A model generated the notes under the pieces. It was not told the origin of the DNA. It worked only from the letters and a program-made list of their open reading frames with translations, and searched no databases. From the IMG/VR virus record IMGVR_UViG_3300032212_000008, positions 1 through 57,482 of that record: a stretch of DNA of 57,482 bases; one strand, given 5' to 3'. This DNA is from a virus. Lineage: Duplodnaviria; Caudoviricetes. Positions 43,223-53,380 of this stretch are shown here, in pieces. Every line of letters starts with the position of its first letter. Within the stretch, counting starts at the first letter, position 1. The position numbers and the translations under genes are program-made.

Positions 43223-45441
43223 TAGGCTGCTGTGACTTGAAGGGAGCCTGCGTTCGTGACGGTCACGTTGTAGCCCGTGCCGTTCGCCGAGTAAATCTTG
43301 ATCGCCTTGCCGCTGCCGAGGAGTTCGAAGCCGTTGACGTCGATGACAGCGCGCTTGGTCGCGGACGCGTACCCTGCCGAGGGGCTCTCGTAGAACTCGA
43401 TGATGCCCGCTCGGTCGAGTTTGATGCCCGCAGAGGCGCTCACTCCAGAACGCTCGGCATACAGGTCAACTACGTCACGCCCCCTCAGCGAGGAAACGCT
43501 GGTCTTATCCGAGGTCGCGTTTGCTCGCCATAGCGCCTGCAGGCCGTAGATAGCAGCACCGTCGTTGACCGCACAGGTTGCGCTGTACGGAGTAACCAGG
43601 ATGTTGCCAAATCTGCTGGACGATCCCTGAAGTCCGAAAGCACCTACTTCCTGGACTCCGTACGTCACCGAGACATTCGCTGAGCCGGATGCGGGGGCGG
43701 AAGTGAACGTGACTACTTGCCCTGAGATGCTGTAGTCGGTGCCGGTTGTCTGTTGGACTCCGTCGATGAAGACTCGAACATTGCCGAACGTCGTCGGCAG
43801 CGTGAAGCTGGAGACAGTGAAGGCGGTAGTCGACCCATCACCGTTGAATGTCTGAGACTGGTCGGGCAGGTAGAGCACCGACAGCTGCGCTACGTCTGAG
43901 GTGCCCACGGCCGACGCTTTTTGCTGAAAGCCGGCTGCCCCCCTTACGGCCTGCCCGTAGGCGAAGCCTAAGCCGTCGAGCAGCGAGGCGCTCTGCAGCG
44001 TAGTGGCTAGGGTTCCGGCAGTAACCCCGACGCTCTGGATGTATCCAGAGATGCCAAGCCCTGCGAAGACGAGATCGTCCCCGTATGCCTGACTGCCGCT
44101 ATATCCTGAGGGGAACACGCGGAAGTAGGAAGTGGGGCTCGAGTTCGGTATTCGGGCCCAGTTTCCCGAGAACGTATCGGTGGCCGGGCTGTCGACAAGC
44201 GCAATCAGGATGTCATCGGTCAGGAATTCCTGACCTCCAGGCTCTCCCGCAAGCGTGGTCTGCTGGGTGCAAGTGTAGAAGTCCCCCTTGGATGCGCCCG
44301 AGGGGAAACTGTCAGGATCGGTCGCACGAGGGTCCCAGGTGCCTTTGTAGTGCAGCCCTTTGGACAGGTTGTCCCACTGCGCGGGAGTGTGCGCCCCTGA
44401 GGCTACGGTTGAAGGGGCACGCCACAACCTATCGCTCGCTGCGACGAGCTGCCCTTCGCTGTACTCGACGTTCGTGTCGTGGTCGACGATTCCGTAAGTG
44501 AACTTCGAGCCCTTCGCGGTTTCTTGCAGTGCCTCGAAGCTGACGGCAAAGTAACGCCGGCCCAGCTCGGTGTAGCTCGCCGCGTCGAAGTGGATGTTCG
44601 AGTTGGGCGGGTTGTTGCCTTGATCCTCCAGCGTCAGGCCCGCAGAACTCACGAACCCGAAGCCTCTGTTCTGGGCCACCAGCTCACGGTGCGCTTCGTC
44701 GATGCGCTGGTAGTCAGAGGCGGCCACGGTCACAACAGTCTCAGGCCCGTATCCGTCAGACAGGAGTTTGGGGGCGAGTTGACCGATGAGCACCGTGATG
44801 TCGTCATGGCCGCCGTAGTAGTCGTCGGGGATGTTGTCTTTCCACCCGTTGACCATGTTGAGGAAAGCTTCCTTGTATAGCGACTTGGTCGTGCCGCCTC
44901 CGGCGTCGGCCTCCCCTTGGTGCCAAAGGATGCCCCGAAGCCATACGTCATTGTTGTTGACCAGCTCGGTCATCCGCTGGAGAACGTCCTGGTAGTACGC
45001 GCCTCCTGCAGCGTCGGACTGCCCCGTGGTGTTCGGGCCGTACCAGTCACCGTTGGTTCCGACCATGGAAGAGCCGCCGACCGCGCCTCCGCACAGGATG
45101 ACCTTACGCGCGCCTCCGTAGAGCGCTCGGTAGCGTCCGAACTCAGCAGCTGGGGTTTGCTGGTGGTTGAGGTTGTAGGCCGCTGTGTTTCCTTCCGAAG
45201 AGTTGGTGCGGTGGAAGGGGTGCCTGGCCGGTCGCACCTTGCCTGCGTGGTCGACGAGGAAGAAACCAGGCTGGATGTTGTCGCGAGTCAGGTATTGCAC
45301 GGAGCCGCCGCCGCCCGCCATGTTCGATTGGCCGCAGGCGATCCAGACCTCGGGCACGACATCCTCTTCGAGCTTGGAGCGCAGCTCGTTGAGGTCGATC
45401 GGCTGACCGGACTGTTTGTCCGAGTAGAGGCGGTTGAGCAT
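43222..45441 (-). CDS. virion fibre with SGNH sialate O-acetylesterase (SASA)-like domain
   Basis: GQSNM, GGSS, GILWHQGEAD, IHFD...LGRRY; then YKGTWD and GDGSTTAF..VFIDGV.Q fibre repeats. Confidence 0.85.
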   Translation of the reverse strand: MLNRLYSDKQSGQPIDLNELRSKLEEDVVPEVWIACGQSNMAGGGGSVQYLTRDNIQPGFFLVDHAGKVRPARHPFHRTNSSEGNTAAYNLNHQQTPAAEFGRYRALYGGARKVILCGGAVGGSSMVGTNGDWYGPNTTGQSDAAGGAYYQDVLQRMTELVNNNDVWLRGILWHQGEADAGGGTTKSLYKEAFLNMVNGWKDNIPDDYYGGHDDITVLIGQLAPKLLSDGYGPETVVTVAASDYQRIDEAHRELVAQNRGFGFVSSAGLTLEDQGNNPPNSNIHFDAASYTELGRRYFAVSFEALQETAKGSKFTYGIVDHDTNVEYSEGQLVAASDRLWRAPSTVASGAHTPAQWDNLSKGLHYKGTWDPRATDPDSFPSGASKGDFYTCTQQTTLAGEPGGQEFLTDDILIALVDSPATDTFSGNWARIPNSSPTSYFRVFPSGYSGSQAYGDDLVFAGLGISGYIQSVGVTAGTLATTLQSASLLDGLGFAYGQAVRGAAGFQQKASAVGTSDVAQLSVLYLPDQSQTFNGDGSTTAFTVSSFTLPTTFGNVRVFIDGVQQTTGTDYSISGQVVTFTSAPASGSANVSVTYGVQEVGAFGLQGSSSRFGNILVTPYSATCAVNDGAAIYGLQALWRANATSDKTSVSSLRGRDVVDLYAERSGVSASAGIKLDRAGIIEFYESPSAGYASATKRAVIDVNGFELLGSGKAIKIYSANGTGYNVTVTNAGSLQVTAA

Positions 45442-46385
45442 CAGGGAGTCTCGACGTACAGCTCGACCGTCTGGTCGGTCGGGTTGATTCCGGGGTTGCC
45501 TGGAGGGATCGTGTCAGGGATGAACAGCGTTGCTCCCACGGTGGCCTTGAACGCGGCGTTGCCGTCGAAGTTGGCGGGGTGACCGTGCCAGGTGGTGAAC
45601 ACATTGGACGCCGCCAAGCACAGGCCGCCGAAGAGCACAGAGCCGCCTCCGACAGGGGTTAGAGTCAGTTGCGACGTGCCGGACACCGCGACGTAGCCTT
45701 CGACGCTCTCTACGGACACCAGCTCGTCCGCAGGGTTGGACCGTTGAAGCCACACGACGTCGGTTCCTGCCTGGCTGCCCGAGCTGTCAAAATACTTCAT
45801 GCGGAACCGGAAGGTTCCGTCGTACTGACGGTAGTCCTCCAGCTGCCCCATGACGCTGAATTGGTCTTCGGTTGCAGGGGAGCCCGAGCTTGCGTTGATG
45901 CTCAGCGCTTCCTCGAAGTCGTCGAGCAGGTTGGCGACGGTGTTGGCTCGGTGACGGAAGACCAGCCCTGTCTTCGGCGACTGATTCAGAGAGAAGATCC
46001 TGGCGACGATTTCCTCAGAGCCAGCGGTCACGCCCCCGACGTTGACCAGATCAACGTAGTTCCTTCGCGAGGGGTCGAACGTCCCTTCTACGCGGACGCG
46101 GTTGGGGAAGACCAAGCGTTCGCTGCCGTTGTTGTTCGATCCGTATTCTAGAAGAACGCGGCCGCCTCGCACGAACGTGGATCCCATAGTGAGCGTCTCC
46201 GTCCCGGTGATCGTCTTGGCGGCGTAGTGTTTGTTGCCGCTAAAGTCGAGAACGGTGGAGTAGCTGACGTTTTCCGGGGCGAGGCGGGCAAAGTTGGCGT
46301 TGATCTTCTCTCCGCCAGGCTTGAGAGCATCAGCGCTAGGGTCGTCGGCGAAGTCGCCTACGTCAATGACGTCGAATTCAGGCAT
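45441..46385 (-). CDS. virion structural protein
   Basis: N-terminal D.G...DD...D.L..GGEKINANF virion-anchor motif. Confidence 0.65.
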   Translation of the reverse strand: MPEFDVIDVGDFADDPSADALKPGGEKINANFARLAPENVSYSTVLDFSGNKHYAAKTITGTETLTMGSTFVRGGRVLLEYGSNNNGSERLVFPNRVRVEGTFDPSRRNYVDLVNVGGVTAGSEEIVARIFSLNQSPKTGLVFRHRANTVANLLDDFEEALSINASSGSPATEDQFSVMGQLEDYRQYDGTFRFRMKYFDSSGSQAGTDVVWLQRSNPADELVSVESVEGYVAVSGTSQLTLTPVGGGSVLFGGLCLAASNVFTTWHGHPANFDGNAAFKATVGATLFIPDTIPPGNPGINPTDQTVELYVETP

Positions 46386-46839
46386 CGGACTTGAGGTGTA
46401 AGATGCCTTGGGCGTTGAATTTGACCACGAGCGTCTCCCCGTCGGAAGTGTAGGGGAAGTCGGGCTGCCCTTGAGTCTGATCGTAGACCGCTACGATTCG
46501 ATTCGTCGCGTCGTCGGCCGAGTCCACAGTGCCTTCGTAGATCACCAACGCCCCGACGCTCTTGCCTGTCTCCAACGTGAAGGAGAGCGACACAGCGGCT
46601 TCTGATGAGCCCACCAAGGACGCGAACGGCTCGGCCACGTTGAGCACCTGTGCGGACGCCATTGTCGGCAAGGAGACACGCGAGTAGCCAGAGGCATCAG
46701 TCTCTTGAGACGACACATCCGCTACAAAGTCCAGGTCGGAGGCGTAGATGAAGTCCGTGTCGAGCAGCATCGCGTGGAGACTGCCGACTTGATCGAGCAG
46801 GTGTGCGAGGAAAGGCGCGGGGATCCTGGTGGCCATCAA
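46378..46839 (-). CDS. virion structural protein
   Basis: DFVADVS.....GYSR..L and FNAQGI motifs typical of small phage structural proteins. Confidence 0.6.
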   Translation of the reverse strand: MMATRIPAPFLAHLLDQVGSLHAMLLDTDFIYASDLDFVADVSSQETDASGYSRVSLPTMASAQVLNVAEPFASLVGSSEAAVSLSFTLETGKSVGALVIYEGTVDSADDATNRIVAVYDQTQGQPDFPYTSDGETLVVKFNAQGILHLKSDA

Positions 46840-47420
46840 TCAGTGCCCTCGATCAGCGGATAGAGCTGGGGCCAGGCGGGGAACACAGTGCCTCCGGGCT
46901 TGCGGACAGTGGCCGTGTAGTTGGGGTTGCACGGGCCGATGGTGCTCGAGCGAATGGTTTTCTTGGCCGAGCCTGCCAGCTCTGTCTTGCCTGAGAGGAT
47001 CGAGAACGCGTCTTCGACCTCAGTGGAGAGCATCGCGCGCATGCTGGCCTTCTCCTCGCCGGAGGCGAACAGAGGGGCCTCGGCGTTCCAGGCAGTGCGG
47101 TTCCCCGAGTTGGCGTCGGCGAACCGAACGTCGACCGTGTCGAGCAGGTAGAGCCGGACCAGGCGCACCTCGGTCAGGTTGGCGAGCATCCGCTTCGCCT
47201 CTGCAGCAGAGGTCGGCTGAGGCGTGAACGTCGTATCTTGCAGGGTCTGGATCTGGGCGGCCGTCAATTCGCGGTAGAAGCGAACGACGGCCGCCTGGAT
47301 GGCCTCGTTGACGATGGAGTTACCATCCGCTTCCGGTACCTCAAGCAGCCCCGACATGCGGAGCGCCGCAAGTAGCGCCGGGGTGTCAGCGAGGAACAGC
47401 GGAGCGGTTTGGTTGCTCAC
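46836..47420 (-). CDS. putative head-tail adaptor
   Basis: Helical 194-aa protein two genes after the capsid gene. Confidence 0.5.
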   Translation of the reverse strand: MSNQTAPLFLADTPALLAALRMSGLLEVPEADGNSIVNEAIQAAVVRFYRELTAAQIQTLQDTTFTPQPTSAAEAKRMLANLTEVRLVRLYLLDTVDVRFADANSGNRTAWNAEAPLFASGEEKASMRAMLSTEVEDAFSILSGKTELAGSAKKTIRSSTIGPCNPNYTATVRKPGGTVFPAWPQLYPLIEGTD

Positions 47421-47848
47421 GCGTCCGTGGAGGCAGGTGCGGGCTGGGTGATCGCCTTGAGCCGCATGCGGACGGCTTCGATGGCACCGGCATCGTCGGG
47501 CTGGAAGGTCGAAGCGTCGCCGCCCAGGTGCTCTTCGGCCACGGCGCGAAGCTCATCGACATCGAAGGCATCGACGACGTCGGGCTCGAAGGTCGGAACC
47601 TTGTCCATGGTCCTCTCGAACTGAGCGTCTTTGTCGGCGTCGCGTGAGCGCTCGATGTCGTCCAGCTCCGCTTCGGAAGGCCGGTTGGAGAAAGGCTTGA
47701 CGTATTCGGCCAAGCCGGGGTCCAGCTGTCCGTCCTTGCGGCAGATTTGATCGTGGCGAACGATGGTACCGGCGCGGAACACGCGGCCCCCTTTGTTGGC
47801 CATGACGGACTTACCGTGGCGAACGACGTACTTCTCGGACTTCTGCAT
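47417..47848 (-). CDS. hypothetical head-associated protein
   Basis: Directly after the capsid gene; VDELRAVAEE helix-extension-helix-like C-terminus. Confidence 0.65.
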   Translation of the reverse strand: MQKSEKYVVRHGKSVMANKGGRVFRAGTIVRHDQICRKDGQLDPGLAEYVKPFSNRPSEAELDDIERSRDADKDAQFERTMDKVPTFEPDVVDAFDVDELRAVAEEHLGGDASTFQPDDAGAIEAVRMRLKAITQPAPASTDA

Positions 47849-47871
47849 GTTGGGTTGTCTGCTGAGGGATA

Positions 47872-47910
47872 GAAAAAGGGCCTCCGAGGCCGTGTTTCCT
47901 CGGAGGCCCT
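47872..47910 (-). terminator. intrinsic terminator after the major capsid gene
   Basis: 13-bp perfect IR AGGGCCTCCGAGG / CCTCGGAGGCCCT with a U tract on the minus strand. Confidence 0.85.
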
Positions 47911-47932
47911 AGGGATCAAACGTCTTGAGGGA

Positions 47933-49060
47933 TCAGCCCGAGACGACCTTCGCGCGGCCCCAGACGTTGGGGCGACGCGGGAAGGGAAGGGGAGCGGACT
48001 GAAGGTAACCCTCGACGCCCCGGCCCTTCGACATCATCTCCATGTCGGCGAAGCGGCGGATGGGGACCGCTCCGGCGTTCTGGAGGGACTCGAAGGTCGG
48101 GTTCTCGGATCCGGTGGTGAGCTTGAGGTTCGGGATGGCCCCGTAGTTGAACTCGAACTCGGTGCGAGGCGCGGTCGACAGCCAGTAGGCGTACTTGGGC
48201 TCGATGACGTCGTAGGTGGTACCGTCGGGAGCCACGAGCTGCTGCCCGTACTCCCAGACGTCTTTGCCTCGCCAGCGTCCCAGGTACCGCGCCTGGGCGT
48301 CAGTGAACTGGCGCTGCAACTCCAACGTGCCGGTGTTGATGTTCCGGTTGTCGAGCTTGCTCGCGAGCTTGGTGTTCTCCTCGAAGGCGTCGGCAGCTTC
48401 AGGGCCCAGCAGGATGGTGTCGGGCTGGATTTGCGAGGAGCGCGAGAGCGCCCGGCAGAGAGTGCGGTCGACTTCAGCCGGATCGTGGTCGCTGACTCCA
48501 GAGGTTGCGTCGTCCCAGAACTCGCTGGTGAGCGTGAGGTCCAGCGTCGAGTCGTGCGGGATGGTGACCGTGAACGCCGACCCGTCGGGGTCGGAGTAGT
48601 CGATCACCCAACGAAGCATCTGGGAGACTTCCCATTCTTCGAGGTTGTCGACTTGGTAGGTCAGCTCTTCGAATTCGCCGGCAACGTGACGTGCCAGAGC
48701 GGCACGACGACCTTCGTCGCCGTAGAGCGAAGCCCCCGCGCGACGGACGAACATCAGATCCGAAGGCGTCATGCCTCGGGAGATGTTGACCTGCGGGGCC
48801 TTGACAGCGCGGAAGGTCGTGGTGCGGCCGGAGACCTGGCGAGGCTCGGCTTCGATCGAACCAAAGGGAGCGATCTGCTTCGAGTTCGAGACGATCGCCA
48901 GTTCGAAGGTTTCGGTGGAGCGCAGCTCCTCGCGGAACGGAAGGAGGTTCCGAAGGAAGCTGATCTGCGGGTCGACCTCGTTGACGACGCCCGACAGGGT
49001 GACGTAGTTGAGTTCGGGGACCAGCTCGGAACCCTGCGCGGCAGACGGTGCGGGCGACAT
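47933..49060 (-). CDS. major capsid protein (lambda gpE-like)
   Basis: FLRNLLP, IAPF, EEWEVSQML, QSAPLPFP motifs; 375 aa; follows the decoration gene. Confidence 0.92.
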   Translation of the reverse strand: MSPAPSAAQGSELVPELNYVTLSGVVNEVDPQISFLRNLLPFREELRSTETFELAIVSNSKQIAPFGSIEAEPRQVSGRTTTFRAVKAPQVNISRGMTPSDLMFVRRAGASLYGDEGRRAALARHVAGEFEELTYQVDNLEEWEVSQMLRWVIDYSDPDGSAFTVTIPHDSTLDLTLTSEFWDDATSGVSDHDPAEVDRTLCRALSRSSQIQPDTILLGPEAADAFEENTKLASKLDNRNINTGTLELQRQFTDAQARYLGRWRGKDVWEYGQQLVAPDGTTYDVIEPKYAYWLSTAPRTEFEFNYGAIPNLKLTTGSENPTFESLQNAGAVPIRRFADMEMMSKGRGVEGYLQSAPLPFPRRPNVWGRAKVVSG

Positions 49061-49105
49061 GGTTTTGAGGGGTTAGAAAGAGGTGAGCGGGCGAATCCCG
49101 AGGGG

Positions 49106-49528
49106 TCAGTCCTTAGCGGACAGACCGTCGACGAAGATGCCTTGCTTGCGGAGCTCCGGGTCGCGGAGCGCGGTGTCCAGGAGGCCCTGCGTCTCTCCAG
49201 AGGGGAGCAGGACGTCGGCGTATCGGATCTTGCCGTAGAACAGCGCATCTCCGAGGACTTCGTTGGTCGCATCGACGGTGACGTCGCGCGGGTAGACGAA
49301 GGCGACGATCGGGGTCGCGGCGGCGCCTCCGGGCTCGTTGGTGTCTTGCCACGCGACAAGCTCACCAGCGGCGTTGAGGACCATCGGGGTGCCGACCTTG
49401 TAGGTAGGAGCGCCGGTAGCCGCGTCGAAGGTTTTGGTCTGGACCGCGCCGGCCTGGTTGCCGGGGACGATGCCCGGGAACGGGTTTTGGACCCGATCTT
49501 GGAGCAGCTCTTTCTTGATGAGCGACAT
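49106..49528 (-). CDS. head decoration protein (lambda gpD-like)
   Basis: VGTPM, C-terminal LRKQGIFV; between protease and capsid. Confidence 0.75.
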   Translation of the reverse strand: MSLIKKELLQDRVQNPFPGIVPGNQAGAVQTKTFDAATGAPTYKVGTPMVLNAAGELVAWQDTNEPGGAAATPIVAFVYPRDVTVDATNEVLGDALFYGKIRYADVLLPSGETQGLLDTALRDPELRKQGIFVDGLSAKD

Positions 49529-49568
49529 GGAGGATCAGTGGTGGTTGAGTGAGGTGAAGGCCCGAGGA

Positions 49569-50696
49569 TCAGGCGGTGAGGCCCCGCGCGGCGCGGCGTC
49601 CCTTGTTGACGTCGGCAGCCATGAGCTTGCCCAGCTCGTGGAAGTCGTGTTGCGACTTGTGCAGTCGAATGCCTTGGGTGCCGCCGCCGAGGTAGCGCTC
49701 ACCAGTGGTCTTGACCGGGGTCGGCGAGGAGTCGCTCACGTTGGAGCGGCGCGGGGCAGGCTCGGGCTCGCCCTGGTCGTCGTCCGACTTAGCGAGGGTC
49801 TCGCGGTACTTGGCGACGGAGTCAGGGTCGTTCCAGTCGATCTCCTCTTGAGCCTTCTTGAGGCGCAGCTCCTCTTCGTACTTGGCGAGCGCCTCCGGGT
49901 CGGAGAGGTCTACGTCGGGAGCTGCCGGCGGGTCGCCTGCGTCGTTCTTGGTGTCGTCGTCGTCGTCGGAGTCGTCGCTCTTGGTGAGTCGAGCGTCGAG
50001 TTTCTCGTCCACCTTGGCGAGCAGTCCCTCGCCAAAGCTGTCGAGCATGCCTTTGAGTTCGTCAGGCTTCATGTCGTGAATGTCGAGGGAAGTCGAGGTG
50101 GAGGAATGAGTGTGGATGCTTGCGCGACCTTGGCGCTCGCGCACCATGCCGGCAAGCTCAACAAGAATGTCCTCCGCGTCCATCTTGCTGAGTGTTTCAA
50201 CTTTCGCGGGGCCGTAGAGAGACACCCCGCCGATCTCGCCTTCGCGCGCGGCTTTCTTCAGGTCTTCGTCGAGGAAGACGTAGCGCTGAGCCCAGCCCCC
50301 CGTGGCGTCGATCGCGTTGCCGTCGGTGTCGGTCCAGCCTTCGAACCGTTCGTCAGCTTTTGCCACGATGAAGTTCTCGGCGACGAAGACTTGATCCGAC
50401 GAGAGCGTCTGAAGGTCGTGGTTGATGTCGACTTGGCTGCCGTTCTTGGCCCAGGTCTCGCACATCTTCTGGATGACCTCGGAGCCCGAAACGTCGCCGT
50501 CCGAGTCGAGGTGCTCGGGGATGGTGACGAGAGTGAGCATCTCGCCCTTGTCCTCGTCGTACTTGACCAGAGGGGTCCAAGTGATCGACTGGGCGTCACC
50601 CTCGGATTTCACGAGCACGGGGAGGCGGTTTTTGCCCTTCCGGCACAGAGAAACGTGGGTGATATTCGCGTCGAGGATGCGATACCGAGGCTTCAT
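49569..50696 (-). CDS. XkdF-like prohead serine protease / scaffold
   Basis: VSLC.KGKN, DSDGD, DINH, GEIGGVSLYG; acidic helical C-terminus. Confidence 0.85.
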   Translation of the reverse strand: MKPRYRILDANITHVSLCRKGKNRLPVLVKSEGDAQSITWTPLVKYDEDKGEMLTLVTIPEHLDSDGDVSGSEVIQKMCETWAKNGSQVDINHDLQTLSSDQVFVAENFIVAKADERFEGWTDTDGNAIDATGGWAQRYVFLDEDLKKAAREGEIGGVSLYGPAKVETLSKMDAEDILVELAGMVRERQGRASIHTHSSTSTSLDIHDMKPDELKGMLDSFGEGLLAKVDEKLDARLTKSDDSDDDDDTKNDAGDPPAAPDVDLSDPEALAKYEEELRLKKAQEEIDWNDPDSVAKYRETLAKSDDDQGEPEPAPRRSNVSDSSPTPVKTTGERYLGGGTQGIRLHKSQHDFHELGKLMAADVNKGRRAARGLTA

Positions 50697-50789
50697 GGGG
50701 TTCAAAGCTAGGGGGACTTCCAACTAGAAAGCTACACTGGAAGCCAGATTTCCCTCCACGGAACCCCAGAACAGACAACTTCGGTATCA

Positions 50790-52256
50790 ATGAGTACCTC
50801 AGCCCAAAAGACCGAGCAGCCGTCGACCGCAAAGCGGCGCATCCTTCATGCGGTATCGAGAAACCGCAGCCTGCTCACGGACCCCGATGCGTTGCTTCCG
50901 AAGCTGCTTGCTAAGGCAGTGACGCGGTCCTCCAACGTAGAGAACCAAGAGGGCTCGGTGCAGTGGGACACGATCGTTCCGCCTTTCGACTACGAAGGCG
51001 CGATGGTCATTCGCGAGTACAACACTCACCACTCTACGTGCCTGGAGCAGTTGACTTCCGCTGTGGCCTCGCGGGGGTTCTGGAATGACACTGTCGCGGA
51101 CAAGCTCAACGCGAAGTGCGATATGGACCAAGGCGGGTACTTGCCCATCTTCAAAGACGGGGTCGACAACTATTTTGAGCTTGGAGGCTTTGCCTTGGAG
51201 GTGGTGCGAGATGCGCCGGGCAAGTCAGGAAACAACGCAACTGGTATCCGCTACATCCAGCGAATGCCGGGCGAGCGCTTGCGAGTTCACCGCTACAAGG
51301 ACAAAAGCGGAGATACTGACTGGTGCTGGGAAGTGGTCGCCTCGGGCTACCACGCAGCCCAGGAGTTGATGAGGAGCGCTCAGTACACGGTCAACGTGAC
51401 AGGAGGAGAGACAGACAAGCTACACGCGCGCTTTGGGCACAAGGACAAGTTCATCGCTGACGACAAGGGAGGCAACCGTAAGCCCGAAGAGATCAGCGAG
51501 ATCATCTACATCCCACAGAACCGAACGCGCAGTCGGTACTACGGCAGGCCGCGTTGGATCTCCGCGACCCCGTCGATGGAGATGGTGCAGCTTGCGTCGC
51601 AGCACGAGTTCAACTTCTACTTCAACCGAGGGGTGCCCGAGTTCGCGCTGATCGTCACCGGGGCGACCATCGAAGAGGAAGAGTGGGAGGAGATGGAGGC
51701 CAAGCTCCTGCAGCATGTCGGTCTGGACAACAGCCACCAGAGCATCGCCATCAACTTCTCTAACCCGGAAGTCGAGGTACAGCTTGAGAAGCTGGGCATG
51801 GACGCGGAGCAAGAAAACCGCTTCACGACGGACATCGACACTCTGGCCTTGATGATCGTGACGGCACACGGCGTCCCTCCGATGATGGCGAACATCCAAC
51901 TGCCTGGCCGGGCAGGGGCCACGAACGAGCTGATGAATGCGATCCTGCAGTTCCAACTCACGTCGATCGACGGCTACCAGATTGCTCTGTCTCTCGGACT
52001 GGCAGGCACGCTAGGCAACCCCAAGCTCAACGGAGGCATCGGGCTCACCATGGACGACTTCTTGGTGCGGCCGGAAAGCTCCCCGTCTGCCAAGACCGGA
52101 AGGAACAACGCCTGGCGTCGCATGACCGACGACATCGATCTCCTTCGCATGGAGACCATGGGGAACATGCGCCAGGAAGTGGGCAGCCCTACGACCACGC
52201 GGAACCTCGACGACGGCCCCGCGCGTAACGGGCGCGACCTGAATGGCAACCAGTGA
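50790..52256 (+). CDS. portal protein (PBSX/P2 Q-like)
   Basis: PPFD, HSTCL, LEVVRD, YYGRP.W, FYFNRGVP, AHGVPP. Confidence 0.9.
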   Translation: MSTSAQKTEQPSTAKRRILHAVSRNRSLLTDPDALLPKLLAKAVTRSSNVENQEGSVQWDTIVPPFDYEGAMVIREYNTHHSTCLEQLTSAVASRGFWNDTVADKLNAKCDMDQGGYLPIFKDGVDNYFELGGFALEVVRDAPGKSGNNATGIRYIQRMPGERLRVHRYKDKSGDTDWCWEVVASGYHAAQELMRSAQYTVNVTGGETDKLHARFGHKDKFIADDKGGNRKPEEISEIIYIPQNRTRSRYYGRPRWISATPSMEMVQLASQHEFNFYFNRGVPEFALIVTGATIEEEEWEEMEAKLLQHVGLDNSHQSIAINFSNPEVEVQLEKLGMDAEQENRFTTDIDTLALMIVTAHGVPPMMANIQLPGRAGATNELMNAILQFQLTSIDGYQIALSLGLAGTLGNPKLNGGIGLTMDDFLVRPESSPSAKTGRNNAWRRMTDDIDLLRMETMGNMRQEVGSPTTTRNLDDGPARNGRDLNGNQ

Positions 52257-52833
52257 CCCCCGGTCGATCAAGCTGGAGCTGGTCGAGTACGCATCCAAGC
52301 GTGCCTACGACCGGCTCCAGGAGATCACTCCCAGCCGCCGGCTGAGAGATTCGCTCCGGGTTCTCTTCCTCGGGGGCGGCTCGGTCTTTGGCGATGCCGT
52401 GGCGTTCTTGGAGTACCCGGAGTATTGGGCGGTGTACCTGCACGACGGGCATTCAGGGTTCAACCCGACCTTCGCCAAGAAGCTCGTGTTCTTCGCCGAC
52501 CCCAACGACGACCCGCGCATTGCCCCGCTCCCCGGGGGCTACCCTACGCGCTTCTCTGACGCCAAGCGGCTCACGGCGGCTCAGTACGCCGAGGGGCTCC
52601 GCAGGAACCGCCAGAGAGCGCGACAGGGCGGCACGCCCTTCATGTACGTCTTGCCCTCTGTCGGCCCCTGGGGAGGCTACAAGTGGTTGGAGGGAGGCGG
52701 GGGCTTCGCCGACGGAGGCATGCGAGGCTTCGGAGACACCGTCGGGCCCGAGATGGCCCGGCGCTTCCGCACTTGGATCAAGACCCGCGTGGCAGTCAGC
52801 TCCGAAGCCAAGGTGAGCCTCAAGCTGAAGTGA
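52243..52833 (+). CDS. putative virion morphogenesis/neck protein
   Basis: LRDSL and YWAVYLHDG motif resembling HK97 gp10-like proteins; coupled to the portal. Confidence 0.5.
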   Translation: MATSDPRSIKLELVEYASKRAYDRLQEITPSRRLRDSLRVLFLGGGSVFGDAVAFLEYPEYWAVYLHDGHSGFNPTFAKKLVFFADPNDDPRIAPLPGGYPTRFSDAKRLTAAQYAEGLRRNRQRARQGGTPFMYVLPSVGPWGGYKWLEGGGGFADGGMRGFGDTVGPEMARRFRTWIKTRVAVSSEAKVSLKLK

Positions 52834-53380
52834 ACTTGGAGATGAACTTCTGACCGTTCGGGGTCGAGCCCCAGATCGCCAGACCGATCGCGTCCATCAG
52901 GTGCTTCCAGTCCGACTTCTTGACGGGCTTCCCGTCGGACATCTCGACCTCGACGTAGTCCTCGGTCGGGACGAGGTAGGGGTCCTTGCCCCCAGCGCGC
53001 TCGGTCTCCCAGCCTAGGAGCTTGGCGTACTTGGTGTGCTCGGCCAGTTTGGACCGTTGGCCCTTCCACTCAGCAGGCTTGGGGATGGCTATGCTGCAGG
53101 AGAACTGGCACGCAAGAATCCCTGACACATGCGCCACTTGAATCATGTCGTTGGGGTCCACGTTGCGTCGATTGGAAGCAACGTAGATTTGTTGGCCTTC
53201 AATGACGGCAGCGTCACTATCAACCGCATGGTTGGACACGGAGAATTTGCGAGTCTGCCGAAGCATGTCGGTGTAGCCAGAGGCTCGAACCACCGCTAAA
53301 TGTACAACCTCGTTGTCCTCAGTGTCGTAGACAGCGAAGGCGGTCGAAGTCAGGTCAGGGTCAACGCCTAAGAAACGCAT
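52820..53380 (-). CDS. ruvC: RuvC-like Holliday junction resolvase
   Basis: FLGVDP, VIEGQ, P..WKG, DAIGLA. Confidence 0.85.
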   Translation of the reverse strand: MRFLGVDPDLTSTAFAVYDTEDNEVVHLAVVRASGYTDMLRQTRKFSVSNHAVDSDAAVIEGQQIYVASNRRNVDPNDMIQVAHVSGILACQFSCSIAIPKPAEWKGQRSKLAEHTKYAKLLGWETERAGGKDPYLVPTEDYVEVEMSDGKPVKKSDWKHLMDAIGLAIWGSTPNGQKFISKFTSA

